64,000 bases of DNA, from the NCBI RefSeq assembly GCF_001194135.2, contig NC_068987.1:31902867-31966866 (forward strand), given 5' to 3'. Numbering within the stretch: the first letter of the stretch is position 1; each line of letters opens with the position of its first letter. Below are positions 1 to 13,446 of the stretch, in pieces. This stretch comes from Octopus bimaculoides (Eukaryota). The translations under genes and the position numbers were made by a program. The notes below the pieces were generated by a model. It saw only the letters and a list, made by a program, of their open reading frames with translations. It did not search any database and was not told where the DNA came from.

Positions 1-45
<45 letters not shown>

Positions 46-292
46 TCTGTTATATGGTCATATATTCGAACATAATATATAAGTAGGAATATATCAGACA
101 ATGTAATATAGTAAAAAATCATGTGAAACGTTAGTACGCGCATATATATATACGCACTCATACATGCGTTCATACATACATCAATACATGCGTAAATGCA
201 TGCGCAAATACATACGTACATACATACATACATACATACATACATACATACATACATACATGTATGTTCGTAGATAGATAAAGAAACAGACG

Positions 293-347
<55 letters not shown>

Positions 348-362
348 TAATTGATTGATTGA
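1..362. repeat. Compound microsatellites (GT)n, (TACA)n, (GATA)n
   Basis: Directly visible. Confidence 0.95.
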
Positions 363-1679
363 TCAGAGAACTATTTATATAATGGAATTAATCGATTGGA
401 TTCTGTTTCAGTTAATATTTATATTCTTAACGGAACACTGGTTTACATTTACCAATACCCCACATCCGACCCATAATTTTTTCATGTAGAATCATTCATT
501 ACTGTGACCAGGGATTTTAGGGATTTTAGAGTGACTCATTTAGTTGTTAAATATCTAACTAAAATTAAACTATTATAATCTGTCTTCCTGGAGAAACTAC
601 GTTTTGAACTTTTAAACATGAAAATAGGGCGGTTTCTTTATTGTCTTCAAAAGATCGAGTAAAACGATTTCTGCAGGTATTCTTTGAAATAAAAAGCTCA
701 AGAAAATTATTGAAATAGATAACATTTAGTGGTTTATTAAATTTCAGCTATTATATTATAAAGAATAGATACCATATCTTATTACACAATCATTTCTATT
801 ACCTATTTATTGTAATTGCCCTATCTAAATGTTCTTGGAGACTATAACATTTTCTCATATATTAGATTTCAGCTATTGATTTGTAATAGATCATATAGAA
901 TGAATGTCACACGGAAATTATTTTGGCGATTCGTGAAAATAAAAAATCCCCATATCGTTTATTGTCAACCAAATGTTTCCCTAGGTCCAATTTATTTGGC
1001 ATTCAATTTTGACAAGGAGCGGAAATGTTTATTCAAAAATCCACTAGGATACGATAATATGATAGGGAAAAGAGCTTTGTCAAGATATATTTATCACCTA
1101 CATTTGACGAATGCATAACTTTCCTTTTTTTTTTGTGATTGTGTATAAAATAATTGGACATGGAAGGGTATGAGTTGGTAGAGATGACTGAGCACCGAAA
1201 TAAATTTCTTATAATGTATATGTATATTCATTGATCTTTTTAAATTCTGGGTACAAATATTGCTCCGGTTCACCAAGTATTTTATTATTCTGAAGGCGAT
1301 AAAACAATCAGTGGAATCGATGTAACCCTCAAGGTGGAGCTCCAGCATAGCCACAATCTAATGACTAAAATCAACTATGTAATAAAATAACAAAATAAAG
1401 TGTATTACAAGTCATTCGTTGAACATTAACAACTTGTTGTTGTCTTTAGATCAGCTCTGGTTATGAAAATCAATGAGAAAAAATATTCTAGATATAATCA
1501 CTTGGTGATCAATAGTATTGTTAGTTACACTTTTTCAGCTGGTCGATCAATTGATCTCTCCATTTAGGTCGATGAAGTGCTTCTAACTCGATGCAGAATA
1601 AGTATTTCAAGGAACATCGCTAGTAAAGCGCCGGTATTTCGTCAATGTTTACACCCTTCACAGAAAGCCCCATACATCA

Positions 1680-1811
1680 TACATACATCCGCACGCACGC
1701 ACACACGCACGCACACACACACACACACACATACGCACACACACACTCACACACGCTCATGTACAAACATGCACATAATGAAGATAGATAGATAGAGAGA
1801 GATAGATAGAG

Positions 1812-1905
<94 letters not shown>
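1680..1905. repeat. (CA)n and long (GA)n microsatellites
   Basis: Directly visible. Confidence 0.95.
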
Positions 1906-1906
<1 letters not shown>

Positions 1907-2321
1907 TGAGTATAAATGCTGGCGCCTTGCATCTGGTTAGCTGATTTCTAAGTTACTGATACCTATACTAGATACGAAGGCATCTTATATCTAATCTGGA
2001 GACAGACCGGTAACTTGAAATTCGAATCACCTATTGTAAAGCACTAGTATTTACATTCGTACCGATCTGTCTGTCTCAGTCTATCTATCTATCTATCAAT
2101 CAATCTATACAGACATACATAAATACATACATGCCTGTATGCATGCACACATACATACATACATACATACATACATGCATACATACATACATACATACAT
2201 ACATNNNNNNNNNNAACGAATAGGTACGCTGTAGGAGTGTTATAATTGGTCATCCGTTAGGTTCCAAGTTCACAGCTGAGGCTGGAGCTAGGAATCCCTA
2301 GTAGGCTTCCGAGTTATCAGG

Positions 2322-2476
2322 TATATATTAGAGGGAAAAGAACAACAAAACCAAGGTAAGGCGTGTATCTCAAGTCATTTAGAATATTTAACTAAGAATA
2401 TTTAATTATATATTCTAAATGACTTGAGAGACTCGTCCTGCCTTGGTTTTTGTTGTCTTTTTCCTCTAACATATAT
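2322..2476. repeat. Imperfect inverted repeat, ~65-bp arms with a 20-bp perfect core
   Basis: tctcaagtcatttagaatat (2368-2387) versus atattctaaatgacttgaga (2410-2429); pairing extends imperfectly outward. Confidence 0.85.
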
Positions 2477-2490
2477 ATATATATAATTCT

Positions 2491-2898
2491 TTTTATTTGT
2501 TTCAGCCATTTGACTGCGGCCAAGCTGGATCACCGCCTTTAGTCGAACAAATCGACCCCAGGACTTATTCTTTGTAAGCCTAGTACTTATTCTATCGGTT
2601 TCTTTTTGCCAAACCGCTAAGTTACGGGGACGTGAACACGCCAACATCGGTTGTCAAGCTATGGTGGTGGGACAAATACAGACAAACACACACACATTCA
2701 TACACACACACACGCACACACGCACGCACGCACGCACGCATATATACAACGGACTTCTTTCCGTTTCTGTCTACCAAATCCACTCAAAAGGTTTTGATCG
2801 GCCCGAGGCTATAGTAGAATACACTTGCCCAAGGTGCCACGCAGTGGAACTGAACTCGGAACCATGTGGTTGTTAAGCAGGCTACTTACCACATAGCC
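2491..2898 (-). mobile_element. tRNA-derived SINE family A (CORE-like acttgcccaaggtgccac) with internal (CA)n
   Basis: The same tail, internal microsatellite, body and head organisation is repeated many times in the window. Confidence 0.8.
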
Positions 2899-2904
2899 AG
2901 GAGT

Positions 2905-3148
2905 AGATATGGTTGCGGGTTCAGGAAGTTCTTTTCTTAACCACGTAGTTACGAGTTCGATTCCGCAGCCTATAGTTCTTTAGGAAAGTAACGTCTACTC
3001 TAGGCTGGTGGTGACTTTGTAAGTAAAATTTAGTCAATGAAAACTTACTCAACTAAAACAGAAATAAAGGATCAAACTAAATCCTTTGAAGTTACTACCC
3101 CAGCATGGCCGCAGTCTAATGACTAAAATCAGTAAAAGAATAAAAGAT
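2905..3148 (+). mobile_element. Degenerate SINE family A-related copy
   Basis: B box gagttcgattcc near 2952; tail ccagcatggccgcagtctaatgactaaaa. Confidence 0.5.
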
Positions 3149-5702
3149 TGTTAAGACTCATAGTTACGCCTTGGCAGTCATATTTGTCAGCTTGTTAGTT
3201 TATAATCAATCGCACGTTCAAACTTGTATGCTGCTATTTATTCATCCCTACTGCAACAATAAAAATGAAGTTAAACGTACACAAATGCTAATGATTAGGT
3301 CCCAAGAACATCTCCCGGATCTACGTACCTCATTCTAATTTTCTCCAATATCTGCCCGGCCCAATATGCACTTGCCACAATTATCTACCCACTTCTCTAC
3401 CTGTACACTCCAATATCATTGCAACTAATGCAATGATATTCTCTGTGCCAAAAGATGGAACCAAGTTTATTACTGTGCATATTGTTGTGATGGATCTGAT
3501 ATATGGGGCGAAGGTAATCGGTGGAGTGACTCAGCACTATACACAGATTTGTTATTCTAGATATGCCATTCCTCTCTATTTGAGGAGTAATAGTATCTTC
3601 CAGTATATAGTGGTTAAACGCATGGGAAGCAGCTTAACAAGCTGGTCATATATTGTCTTTACTGCCCAGTTTATTTCAATAAAGCTGATGTTGTTATTGG
3701 TGGGTGATTTTGGAAATAGTTGTGTTTGAGGTACATCCAAAGTTACAATATCTAATGTAACTTTATTTAAACACTTTAGGCTCCCTTTTGGTTGGTCAGT
3801 ACATATATTGTTTAGTCATTCCCTTCAGTTGGTTCTGATCCATCTGACTTAGGATCAACAGCGTCCCAAATCTGACAATTTTCCCTTATATTCAGACAGA
3901 GTATTTGTAGGACCATATTATTCAATGTGTTCTTCCACTTTCAGATAATAGTATGCGATTTGAGTGGAATTTTCTTGCACTTTCTCGTAAACTGAGCAAC
4001 CTCTTGTCTTCTTGTTCTGTCTCATTACTTCTCTTCTTGATGTTGTTGGTGTTTAGTCCCGAGTCGACGTTTTTTGAGCTGACATAGGATCAAAAACATT
4101 TGAGTTGTGACCATTTATTTTTTTTTAGATGGGAGAGAATCGAGGACTGTATTATGCAATGTCCTCACCTTTTATAAAAGGAAGTGGCGTGCATTTTGAG
4201 AAACATTTGGCTGATATTGCTAGCAAGGTATCGATCACTTATAAACCCACCTCATTGTATTGTCTTTACATCTACAGTATCTGGTGGTGGCCACGTTGGA
4301 GTGAAATGAGTTTGACTCGTTCAGACGTGACAGTTGCTGTTCTTCTCATTTCATCATTGGTGGCAGGAAAACAGTACCATCTTAAGGTGAGTGCTATCGG
4401 TTCTGCAGCACCTGGGTCCATGATTAACATAATTTCATCATACTTCGATGGGGTGGAGGCCCACGTCATTATTACAGCATCTGGGCCCATGAGCACTTAG
4501 AACTGGCCCTGCGTAATTCTTTTTATTATTGAGGAAGAGGATAGTCAGAATTAACAGCAGGCTCTGCGCTCAATTCCCTTCAGAGTAGACTGTTTTTCAT
4601 TATTGTGTGGTCGACAAATTAAATACTAGACAATTATTGAGAAGAGGGAAATTTCATCAACAACATCCATTATAAATAATGCGTTATCTTTTGTCTATAA
4701 TAAAAATCGTTACTTGAAACTATATATAATCATCATAAGTAATAAATGATGTCAATAAAAGATGTCACGACATTACTTGTACTCAGTCAAGTGCCATAAA
4801 ATATGTAGTTTAGTGCATAATAGCGTTTAAGAGCGCCATTCAATCCCATTCGATATAAGCAATTCATAGGCATACTTTGTGAGTTTGGATAAGTTCCTAC
4901 ACAGTGGAGAAAATAGCTTTCTGATGTTTTAAGATTGGTTCGTTAGCTGAAAGAAGAGAGCAAACATCCATTGAAATATTTTTTTCTCTCTCTCTTAGAT
5001 TTAGGGACAGCTCCGAAATATCAGATATCCTAACGCACCGACATCACTGTATAATAGTTACTGACACACACTACGAGTTGCCCTGAATTTTGTCTATTAG
5101 GAATTTAATCGTCAGTTAGCGATGAAAAACAAAAGAAATGCCTCCTTTATTATCTTCAAAAATAAATAAATAACGACTTCAATGAGAACCCAGAGAAGAT
5201 TTATTTTAGATTAATATTAAATCCGGCTACAGATAGTAGCAACTCGTGCATACAATGTTTACTGAGCAAGTGCAGGATTACTTTCAGTGTGAATTATTAA
5301 TCGAACAAGTTAATCTCTCTTAATTTTTATTTTATATTTAATCTTTACAATGTCAAATTTAGTGCTAAGCTATCGTTTGATACACTTGTATGCATGTATG
5401 GTTGGTAAGTTTCAGTATGACGTGCAGTGACTTGAAGTAGTCATCAACTGGTGAGCATTTCTACAGGCTTCAGAGAGTAAAAATACGCTGTTATAAGTTG
5501 CAATAGCAGAGTAAGCAAAACAGTAACATCCAAGAATCGAGCCACGGTCTTGGTTTAAGTTAACCGGAACTTTATCTGCTGTATCGTGGTATCCAGTTGG
5601 GAGGTTTTACAGGACCAAAAGGAAAAGCTAAAAGCTTCGTTAAAATTATTTGTTCTGTCAAAAATTTGGTTTTCTCCTAAGACACCAACGATGTTATGAT
5701 TT

Positions 5703-6090
5703 TGTTGTTGGCACTCCGTCGCTTACGACGACGAGGGTTCCAGTTGATCCTATCAGTGGAACAGCCTGCTCGTGAAATTAACGTGCAAGTGGCTGAGCAC
5801 TCCACAGACACGTGTACCCTTAACGTAGTTCTCGGGGATATTCAGCGTGACACAGAGTGTGACAAGGCTGGCCCTTTGAATTCCAGGCACAACAGAAACA
5901 GGAAGTAAGAGTGAGAGAAAGTTGTGGTGAAAGAGCACAGCAGGGTTCGCCACCGTCCCCTGCCGGAGCCTCGTGGAGCTTTTAGGTGTTTTCGCTCAAT
6001 AAACACTCACAACGCCCGGTCTTGGAATCGAAACCGCGATCCTATGACCGCGAGTCCGCTGTCCTAACCACTGGACCATTGCGCCTCCAC
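5703..6090 (-). mobile_element. tRNA-derived SINE (family C), full length with target-site duplication
   Basis: tRNA-like head on the minus strand near 6020-6088 (plus-strand ggaatcgaaacc is the B-box complement). TSD acgatgttatgattt at 5688-5702 and 6089-6103. Homologous copies at 17678 and 32980. Confidence 0.8.
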
Positions 6091-6149
6091 GATGTTATGA
6101 TTTAGAGACGGTACATATAAAAAGTTATAAGATATAAACTTCCATCGCT

Positions 6150-6530
6150 ATGACTGACGTAGGCAAAGTGAAATGGTTTCAGGCAAGCATTTGGACAAAG
6201 GCATGCTGATAGGGTTAAGAATTTCTCTTCGAAACTGGTTTTGATGTCGATCTCACTATAACATCTAGAATTAGTTTCAGCTCTAATCTCAGGATAAGCA
6301 AAAGCTTGTGAGTAAAAGTCAGCGGGCAGAAAGCCCATTGATGAAACCATTCTTGTTCTTGGTGGTTAGTTTTAATCTGTCGTTCGGATTAACACCAAAT
6401 TTTGATTCTACTGCTTGTCTTTAATGGAGTCTGCTCTGTAGTAAGCATTCTGGGTAAGTCTCCTGTCCGAGAATAACTTCATGTAGCCTTCTCACCAATA
6501 TTGGAGGTCCTAAAAAGAGTTACAAAGGCT
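6150..6530 (-). pseudogene. Highly decayed Tc1/mariner-like transposase fragment
   Basis: Manual minus-strand translation gives ESKFGVNPNDR (cf. FSDESKF..NxQNDR), NGLSAR and TNSRCYSEI, with stops and frameshifts. Confidence 0.35.
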
Positions 6531-7137
6531 GTTCTTCTAAATTATAAATAAAATTCAACTAAATAAATAAACCAAACAACAAACCCCACTGTTAATTGGT
6601 TTTGTTAGTTTTACCTTTGCTTTAACTCTGAATCCTTCTGCTAAATGTTGAATTTTATAAAATACTTGAAAAGACGTTACAATAGTTGAGGTCTACTCTA
6701 GTTCCCCCCCCCCCNNNNNNNNNNNNNNNNNNNNNNNNNNNNNNNNNNNNNNNNNNNNNNNNNNNNNNNNNNNNNNNNNNNNNNNNNNNNNNNNNNNNNN
6801 NNNNNNNNNNNNNNNNNNNNNNNNNNNNNNNNNNNNNNNNNNNNNNNNNNNNNNNNNNNNNNNNNNNNNNNNNNNNNNNNNNNNNNNNNNNNNNNNNNNN
6901 NNNNNNNNNNNNNNNNNNNNNNNNNNNNNNNNNNNNNNNNNNNNNNNNNNNNNNNNNNNNNNNNNNNNNNNNNNNNNNNNNNNNNNNNNNNNNNNNNNNN
7001 NNNNNNNNNNNNNNNNNNNNNNNNNNNNNNNNNNNNNNNNNNNNNNNNNNNNNNNNNNNNNNNNNNNNNNNNNNNNNNNNNNNNNNNNNNNNNNNNNNNN
7101 NNNNNNNNNNNNNNNNNNNNNNNNNNNNNNNNNNNNN

Positions 7138-7310
7138 ATATATAAATGCATACGACGGGCTTCTTTCAATTTCTGTCTACCAAATCCACTCGCAAGGTTT
7201 TGGTCGGCCCGAGGCTATAGTTGAAGACACTTGCCCAAAGTGCCACGCAGTGGGATTGAACCTGGAACCATGTGGTTGGTAAGCAAGCTACTTACCACAC
7301 AGCCACTCCT
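7138..7310 (-). mobile_element. SINE family A, head half (rest lost in gap)
   Basis: Matches 2740-2895 and abuts the N gap at the internal microsatellite position. Confidence 0.75.
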
Positions 7311-7517
7311 TTGAAGTGATCTTGAGTTTTCCTCGTATAGTTTAACAATAATGGCTCCGACCGTATGAAATCGCATTATTAGGATATTGTGGACCACGCA
7401 GAATCAGCCAAAAACATCCGAGGTAATTTGGTAATTAGCTTTACTCTAGCTTTCTGTTGAGTACCTACAAACACAGAGGCTAGGTTTCGACAACTTTTTG
7501 CTTATCAGTGGTACAAA

Positions 7518-7548
<31 letters not shown>

Positions 7549-8144
7549 AGGGGTTGGGTGGTTTAAAGTTACAAGGTAACAATCGCAAAAACATGTTTAA
7601 GCTATGAAATGTTCAAATATTCTCAAAAATTTCAATGAGTTTCACAGTGTATTCGTACTATCGATAAGCAAAAAGTTGTCGAAACTGGTTTGGTATTTGA
7701 ATAAATCTATTATCAAATTTAAACACGACTACACGTTTTGAGATCCATGTGCATTTTCAAACCCCCATAACAAATTCTCTTATATATTTTCCTGCGTGGG
7801 AATACACTTCATTTCTCTCCACGCACACACACAGACACCGCTCCCCCCACACACATATAGTATAATTCGGGAAAAAAAACCTGTAACCTGCATTCAAGAA
7901 CTCCGACACCATTATTTGGCTACTACATGTTACTCTCCAGCAAGGTATTTGGCAGGGTAGGATACACATGTGGAACTCCTATTAGTGTAGGATTAATATA
8001 AGAATAGTATAACCCGAGAATGGAAAATACCAGGTTTTAATAGCAAATCACAACATTTGTTTGTGCACCGGACACCAGCTTTGAGTTACTAAGTTTACAT
8101 TTATACAAGATTATTCTTCATAATTACTTTTTTACTTTTTTCTT

Positions 8145-8381
8145 TTCACTTTTTTAACTTTTCAGTCATTTGACTGCGGCCATGCTGGAGCAACGCTTTT
8201 ATTAGAACAAATCGACCCCAAGACTTATTCTTTGTAAGCCTAGTACTTATTCTATCGGTCTCTTCTGCTGAACAGCTAAGTTTCGGGTACATAGACACAC
8301 CAACATCGGTTGTCAAGTGATGGTGCGGGGACAAGCACAGACACAGACACAAACACATAAATATATATACATACATATATG

Positions 8382-8446
<65 letters not shown>

Positions 8447-8605
8447 ACACACGACGGGCTTCTGTCAGTTTCTCTCTACCAAATCCACTCACAAGGCTTT
8501 CATTGGCCCAATGAAAATAGAAGACACTTACCCAAACTATCACGCAGTGAGTCTGAACCCGGAATCTTGTGGTTGGGAAGCAAGCTTCTTTCCACCCAGC
8601 CACAC
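8145..8605 (-). mobile_element. SINE family A with internal (TA)n(TG)n
   Basis: Colinear with 2491-2898. Confidence 0.8.
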
Positions 8606-9214
8606 TTGCACCTACTACTATATAACTGAATATTTTTCAGCAGCAGTTATGTGTGGACGGTTCATCAGGTCGAATGCGATCGAACACTGGCGGATTTCTC
8701 TGAATTTACTCAGACGTTGCTGGAAAATATTCAATTATATAGTTACGATAAAGGATAATCTTGTAAAATGGTATATGAACTTAAACACAGCAACTTAAAG
8801 CTGGTGTCCGGTGCAGAAACAAATATTGATTTGCAATGAAATCCTGGTATCTTTCACCTTATGTGTTTTTCATATATATATCATAAGCCATGATAGATCG
8901 CTAACCACTACACATTCTTTTTTTTCTCTCCGTGTTTCTCTCCTTGTTTCTTTCTGTGTTCCTTTCTGTGGAAGAGCGTAGACTCGAAACGTTAAAGACG
9001 TTTTCACTTCCCAAGCGTGATACTAATACATCTGCTTGTTTTCTACACGACCTGTCTTCGTCTTTTGGGGGTTTTTTTGTGAATTCTCCCTATATATATG
9101 TAAGTGTGTGTGTGTGTGTGTGTATAATGCAAAAACTAATTTCTGTGTGTCCGTGTGTCACACTTAGACCCCCTCTCTCACTATTCAATTACACTCCTAC
9201 TATTCCTCATGATG

Positions 9215-9259
9215 GGGTGAGAGTAATTGTAGGCATAGAGACGGTGAGGGCGGTGGCGA

Positions 9260-9300
<41 letters not shown>

Positions 9301-9774
9301 GAGAGAAGGACAGAAAGAGACAGAAATTTAGGGAGAGTTGATGATGTTTTATTAAAAGTAGTAGTGTTGATGGTGGCAGTGGGAGTAATGATAAAAGAGA
9401 GAGAGAGAAAGAGCGGGTATGTGAGAGAAAGATGGACTGAACACTGAAGTAACATGCTGAATAACATACTGAACGAACACACACAGTTAGCCTTTTTGTG
9501 ATGGTAATGGAATGATAGCAATAGTATGAGCTGTAGTTGTGATAGAGGCGGAGGCGGCGGTGATGATAGTGGTGGTGGTGGTGGTGGTGGTGGTGGTCGG
9601 GAATGACGGTAAGAGTAAGCGATGTGAAAGACAGTGGGGATGGTGGTGGAGGGGAAGGCGGCGAAATCAAAAGTATTGATGGTGGTGGCGTCAGAAGTCT
9701 GAATGGTATGTGTATGGCAGTTGTGGTGGCGATGGTGGTGGTATTGGTGATGGTGATGATTGAAAACAATCAAC

Positions 9775-9822
<48 letters not shown>
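9215..9822. repeat. Low-complexity (GA)n/(GGT)n/(GAT)n region
   Basis: Directly visible; source of several spurious ORFs. Confidence 0.9.
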
Positions 9823-9825
<3 letters not shown>

Positions 9826-10171
9826 TAGGAAAAAATTGCAATGACCCCCGAATGGGAGGACAAAAGATGTTGTTTATCATGCAGCTTTGCAATAAGTTCC
9901 AAGTCGAGAAATTATATCATTGTTGCGATGAAAATTGTTCATTGCTTGAAAAATATTCTTCAAGTTTAATAAAATTTAATATGTACTCAATGCATGAAGT
10001 GTCATTGTTGGGCCCAAAGCCCAATGAAGAGCCATCCACAGGAGTTAGCTTAAAAGACACCCGATAGGGCTAGTAATATAATAAATGTGAATATCAGTGT
10101 GTCAGTGTGTCACGATTTTTCAACTTTACTCCTAGTGGCTGTAGCCGAACATGGCATACCATTTTGGAATC

Positions 10172-10450
10172 AAGCTGACTCCGTGAGTAAATTAAAAACA
10201 TTCCAGGACGAACCCGGACCCACAATCCTGAAATTTTGGATTCTGAAGTTTTCACTACTGTGATTGTTTTCGGCGATTTTTTTTACGTGACTTTTGCAAC
10301 AAATTTTTTGTACGATAACAATTTTTATAATCTAAAGGCTAACTCCGTGACTATATCAAAAACATTCCAGGCCGAGTACGGACCTGTAATCCTAAAATTT
10401 TGGATTCCTATGTTTTCATTACTGCGATTATTTTCGGCGAATTTTTTTTT
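10172..10450. repeat. Diverged tandem duplication, period 164 bp
   Basis: actccgtga at 10178 and 10342, each followed by aaaaacattccagg, cggacc, aatcct.aaattttggatt and ttttcggcga. Confidence 0.8.
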
Positions 10451-10584
10451 TACATGATTTTTTTTGCGGCGAATATGATCATCATTGGGATATGACTTTG
10501 GAGGAAGCAACTGCAACAAATTCTCCAAAACAAGGCAGAGATCTGTTTGCAGATCTTCCCATTCAGAGTCAGTTGCTTAAAAGT

Positions 10585-10636
10585 TATATACTAGCTTAAA
10601 AGCCGCCCGATAATGCGGCTTTTAAGCTAGTGTATA
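10585..10636. repeat. 22-bp inverted repeat (1 mismatch), 8-nt loop
   Basis: tatatactagcttaaaagccgc-ccgataat-gcggcttttaagctagtgtata. Confidence 0.9.
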
Positions 10637-10645
10637 CATACATAG

Positions 10646-10754
<109 letters not shown>

Positions 10755-11269
10755 CCTTCATTAAAGATTAACTCTTATGAGTATTCTTGTAATTTTAAAT
10801 CTTTGTTCTTCTATTCTGATATCGATCTTGAAAATTTCAATTACATTTTTTGAGCTAGTTAACCTTTTCTGCCATATTCTCATCCCAAGTTTTTGTTCAA
10901 AACTTGGCAGGAAATAATGAATAACAACAACGACGACAGCAACAACAACAACAACAATATTGATAATAATAGTAATAATTTCTTTTAATTGCCTCAGAGG
11001 TGTCAGCCCAAGGAGTCATTACAAAACTGGCTATAATTTGTGTAACGGGAAACAGTATACGGGTTAACGAGATAAAATGTATATATAGTATACAAAATAT
11101 GTGAAAATATGAACAATGCAGTCCCCTTCATAAAAAGCGAGCATCCATCTACACCCAACTAGAGCCACTCAAAACCCCCACAGAACTCTGATCATCCTGA
11201 CCATCGAAAGCATGAGTCCTTGTCCAATTGTTGCTCTCTAATATACAGTCATATACTTAAAGTAGGTAG

Positions 11270-11492
11270 AGTTACCTTCTCGAGTTATACCGGGACGGTT
11301 TCCCGATTTCATGGCATATGTATTCTCCACTTGAACGGGAGCCGGTCCGTCTCAGATTACTCATTTTTGCCAGCTGAGTGAACTGGAGCAACGTGAAATC
11401 AAGTGCTTTGCTCCAGAACACAACGCTGCACCTGCTCCAGCTATCAAAACCACACTCTTACAATCATTAGTCCAACATCCTAACCACTAAGC
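11270..11492 (-). mobile_element. tRNA-derived SINE with CORE-like segment
   Basis: Head motif taaccactaagccacgcgtctcc; body ccagctgagtgaactggagcaacgtgaaatcaagtgctttgctc; tail similar to 32990-33085. Confidence 0.6.
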
Positions 11493-12110
11493 CACGCGTC
11501 TCCATACAATAGTTCCGTTCACTCTAACCATTTTGCCAGTCACCTGCCTTTTGGAAAATTCACTGGTAAAGAGCACTTCCTTCTCCATCCTCTCTTTCAT
11601 CCCAATTGGAACTTGAAGCAGAAAGTCTATGCTCTTTTCTCTCGGCCTCACCCACCGCACAACTTCCTTCACCATAGCCAACAAACAAAGAAAAACTACC
11701 TGCGTAGCATGCTGGGCTTCACTATGGACTCATCAAATATCTGCATTCGTCCTCTGTTCGACAACAGCTGCTTAACGTAACACCACAAGTCATCAATGAT
11801 CTGACTTTACATGCTCTGTCTGCGTCTCGGACAACTTCGCCTGGTGACTCTGCATGTAAAGTTTATCACCAACCGGTAGTTCCCCTTTGTAACACCGCTT
11901 CACCAAGAATGTCTGGAGGTAATCCACACTAGTATTTGTCCCTGGAATCTTTCAAAACATGTTGTCTTCGTTGACACTGGAGTATTTCTGAAGAAGTCAT
12001 CTAAGACTCAATTTTTCTATATTGCTAAAGCAAAACCCCTACTGACAGCAATTTCCAACTAGTAGAAAGCGGCGTGCACTTGACACTTAGGTGATAAACT
12101 ATGACAGAGG
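11492..12110 (-). mobile_element. Tx1/L1-clade LINE ORF2 3' fragment
   Basis: Minus-strand translation VDYLQTFLVKRCYKGELPVGDK, then AMVKEVVRW...EKEVLFTSEFSKR...RVNGT. Homologous to 36480-37330. Confidence 0.6.
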
Positions 12111-12254
12111 CAGTGTAGACATTCGCCAGCTTATCTCGACTTTCAGGGATAGCTTTCTCTCAGCTCATTTCTGTGTACGGCTGACTATGCTGTTTGTAAT
12201 CTCATCCCAGTTCCTGTCCAACTGCATGCTCGGATCGAACTAGATCCCGAGAGG

Positions 12255-12409
12255 CTGAGTGATAAGAAACTTGCTACACAACTACATGGTTCCGGGTTTA
12301 GTCCCACTGCATGACATCTTAAGCAAGTGTCTTCTGCTGTATCCTCGGGCCGACCAAAGCCTTGTGAATGGATTTGGTAGACGGAAACTGAAAGAATCCC
12401 GTCGTATAA

Positions 12410-12471
<62 letters not shown>

Positions 12472-12672
12472 GACTGTATGTCTGTATATCTATGTATGTG
12501 CGTCTTTCTGTCTGTGTTTGTCCCCCATTGCCGTAACGTAGCGGTTCGGCAAAAGTTTCCGATAGAATAAGTACCGGGCTTAAAAAAGAAGTACTGGGGT
12601 CGATTCATTCGACTAAAAATTCAAGGCAGTGTCCCAGCATCACCGCAGTCTAATGAGTGAAATAAGTAAGAG
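12255..12672 (+). mobile_element. SINE family A with internal (CA)n(TA)n
   Basis: Reverse complement of the 2491-2898 organisation. Confidence 0.8.
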
Positions 12673-13446
12673 ATTATAGATATATTCATGTAATAATGAA
12701 TGGTAAGAAGATTAGAAAGCTATAAAAATACAATAGTTGTGGTTTAATAACTGCTAAAGAATTTGCAGAAATTTGAAAATATCTGTAATTTTTTTCTAAG
12801 AGTGCTAGGGAAATAACGAAAACTGCCAGTCTTACATTTTTCAATACTTTCATTGCCATACAGAAAGTGAGCATCTGTTTTTAAGTACGCGGTGGGATGT
12901 AGAGAGTACGTTTTGAAGGTCACTTTTGTATGTTATATTGCCGATGTTCGTATTGATCTCTGACGGAATCGTAAGAGAATCGCAGAGAAAAATATTATGA
13001 TCAAATCGTAAGGAAATGCAATAGAAATGATGAAGATACTAGAGACGATAGACATGAGAAAGAAAGGAAGAATAGTTGATGCCTGATAGAAACAAAAACT
13101 GAAGATGCAACGTGTGGGTGGGCGAGAAGAGAATCGGCTGTTTATTTAGAATTGGAAGTTTCTCGGCTTAACGTTACTACCATCCAGTGCTAGATGTAAT
13201 TGAAAGATCATTGATAAATCAATATTTTTTCTGTGTAAAGAACTTAATGACAGGAAAGTAAACAAAACTGTTCTCTCTTACAGACGATCAAACACGTGTC
13301 CGGCAAGGAGCGTAGGGAGAAGTGAAATTAGGGCAGCTCAAATTATTATTGTTCTTGTTATCATCATCATCATCATCATCATCATCACCATCATCATCAC
13401 CATCATCATCATCATCATCATTATTATTATTATTATTATTATTATT

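Noticed and set aside
3433-3729. 98-aa ORF
   Set aside because: No recognisable domain on either strand; probably decayed retroelement sequence that I cannot classify.
4129-4500. 123-aa ORF starting after a T-rich AG
   Set aside because: It overlaps a short dispersed repeat also seen at about 3950, 50380 and 60160, and has no recognisable protein motif or matching donor.
10018-10071. Hammerhead-like agccc-aatgaaga-gc...gc-ttaaaa...ta-gggct
   Set aside because: Stem I is present but both catalytic boxes are mutated, so it cannot be supported without a family consensus.
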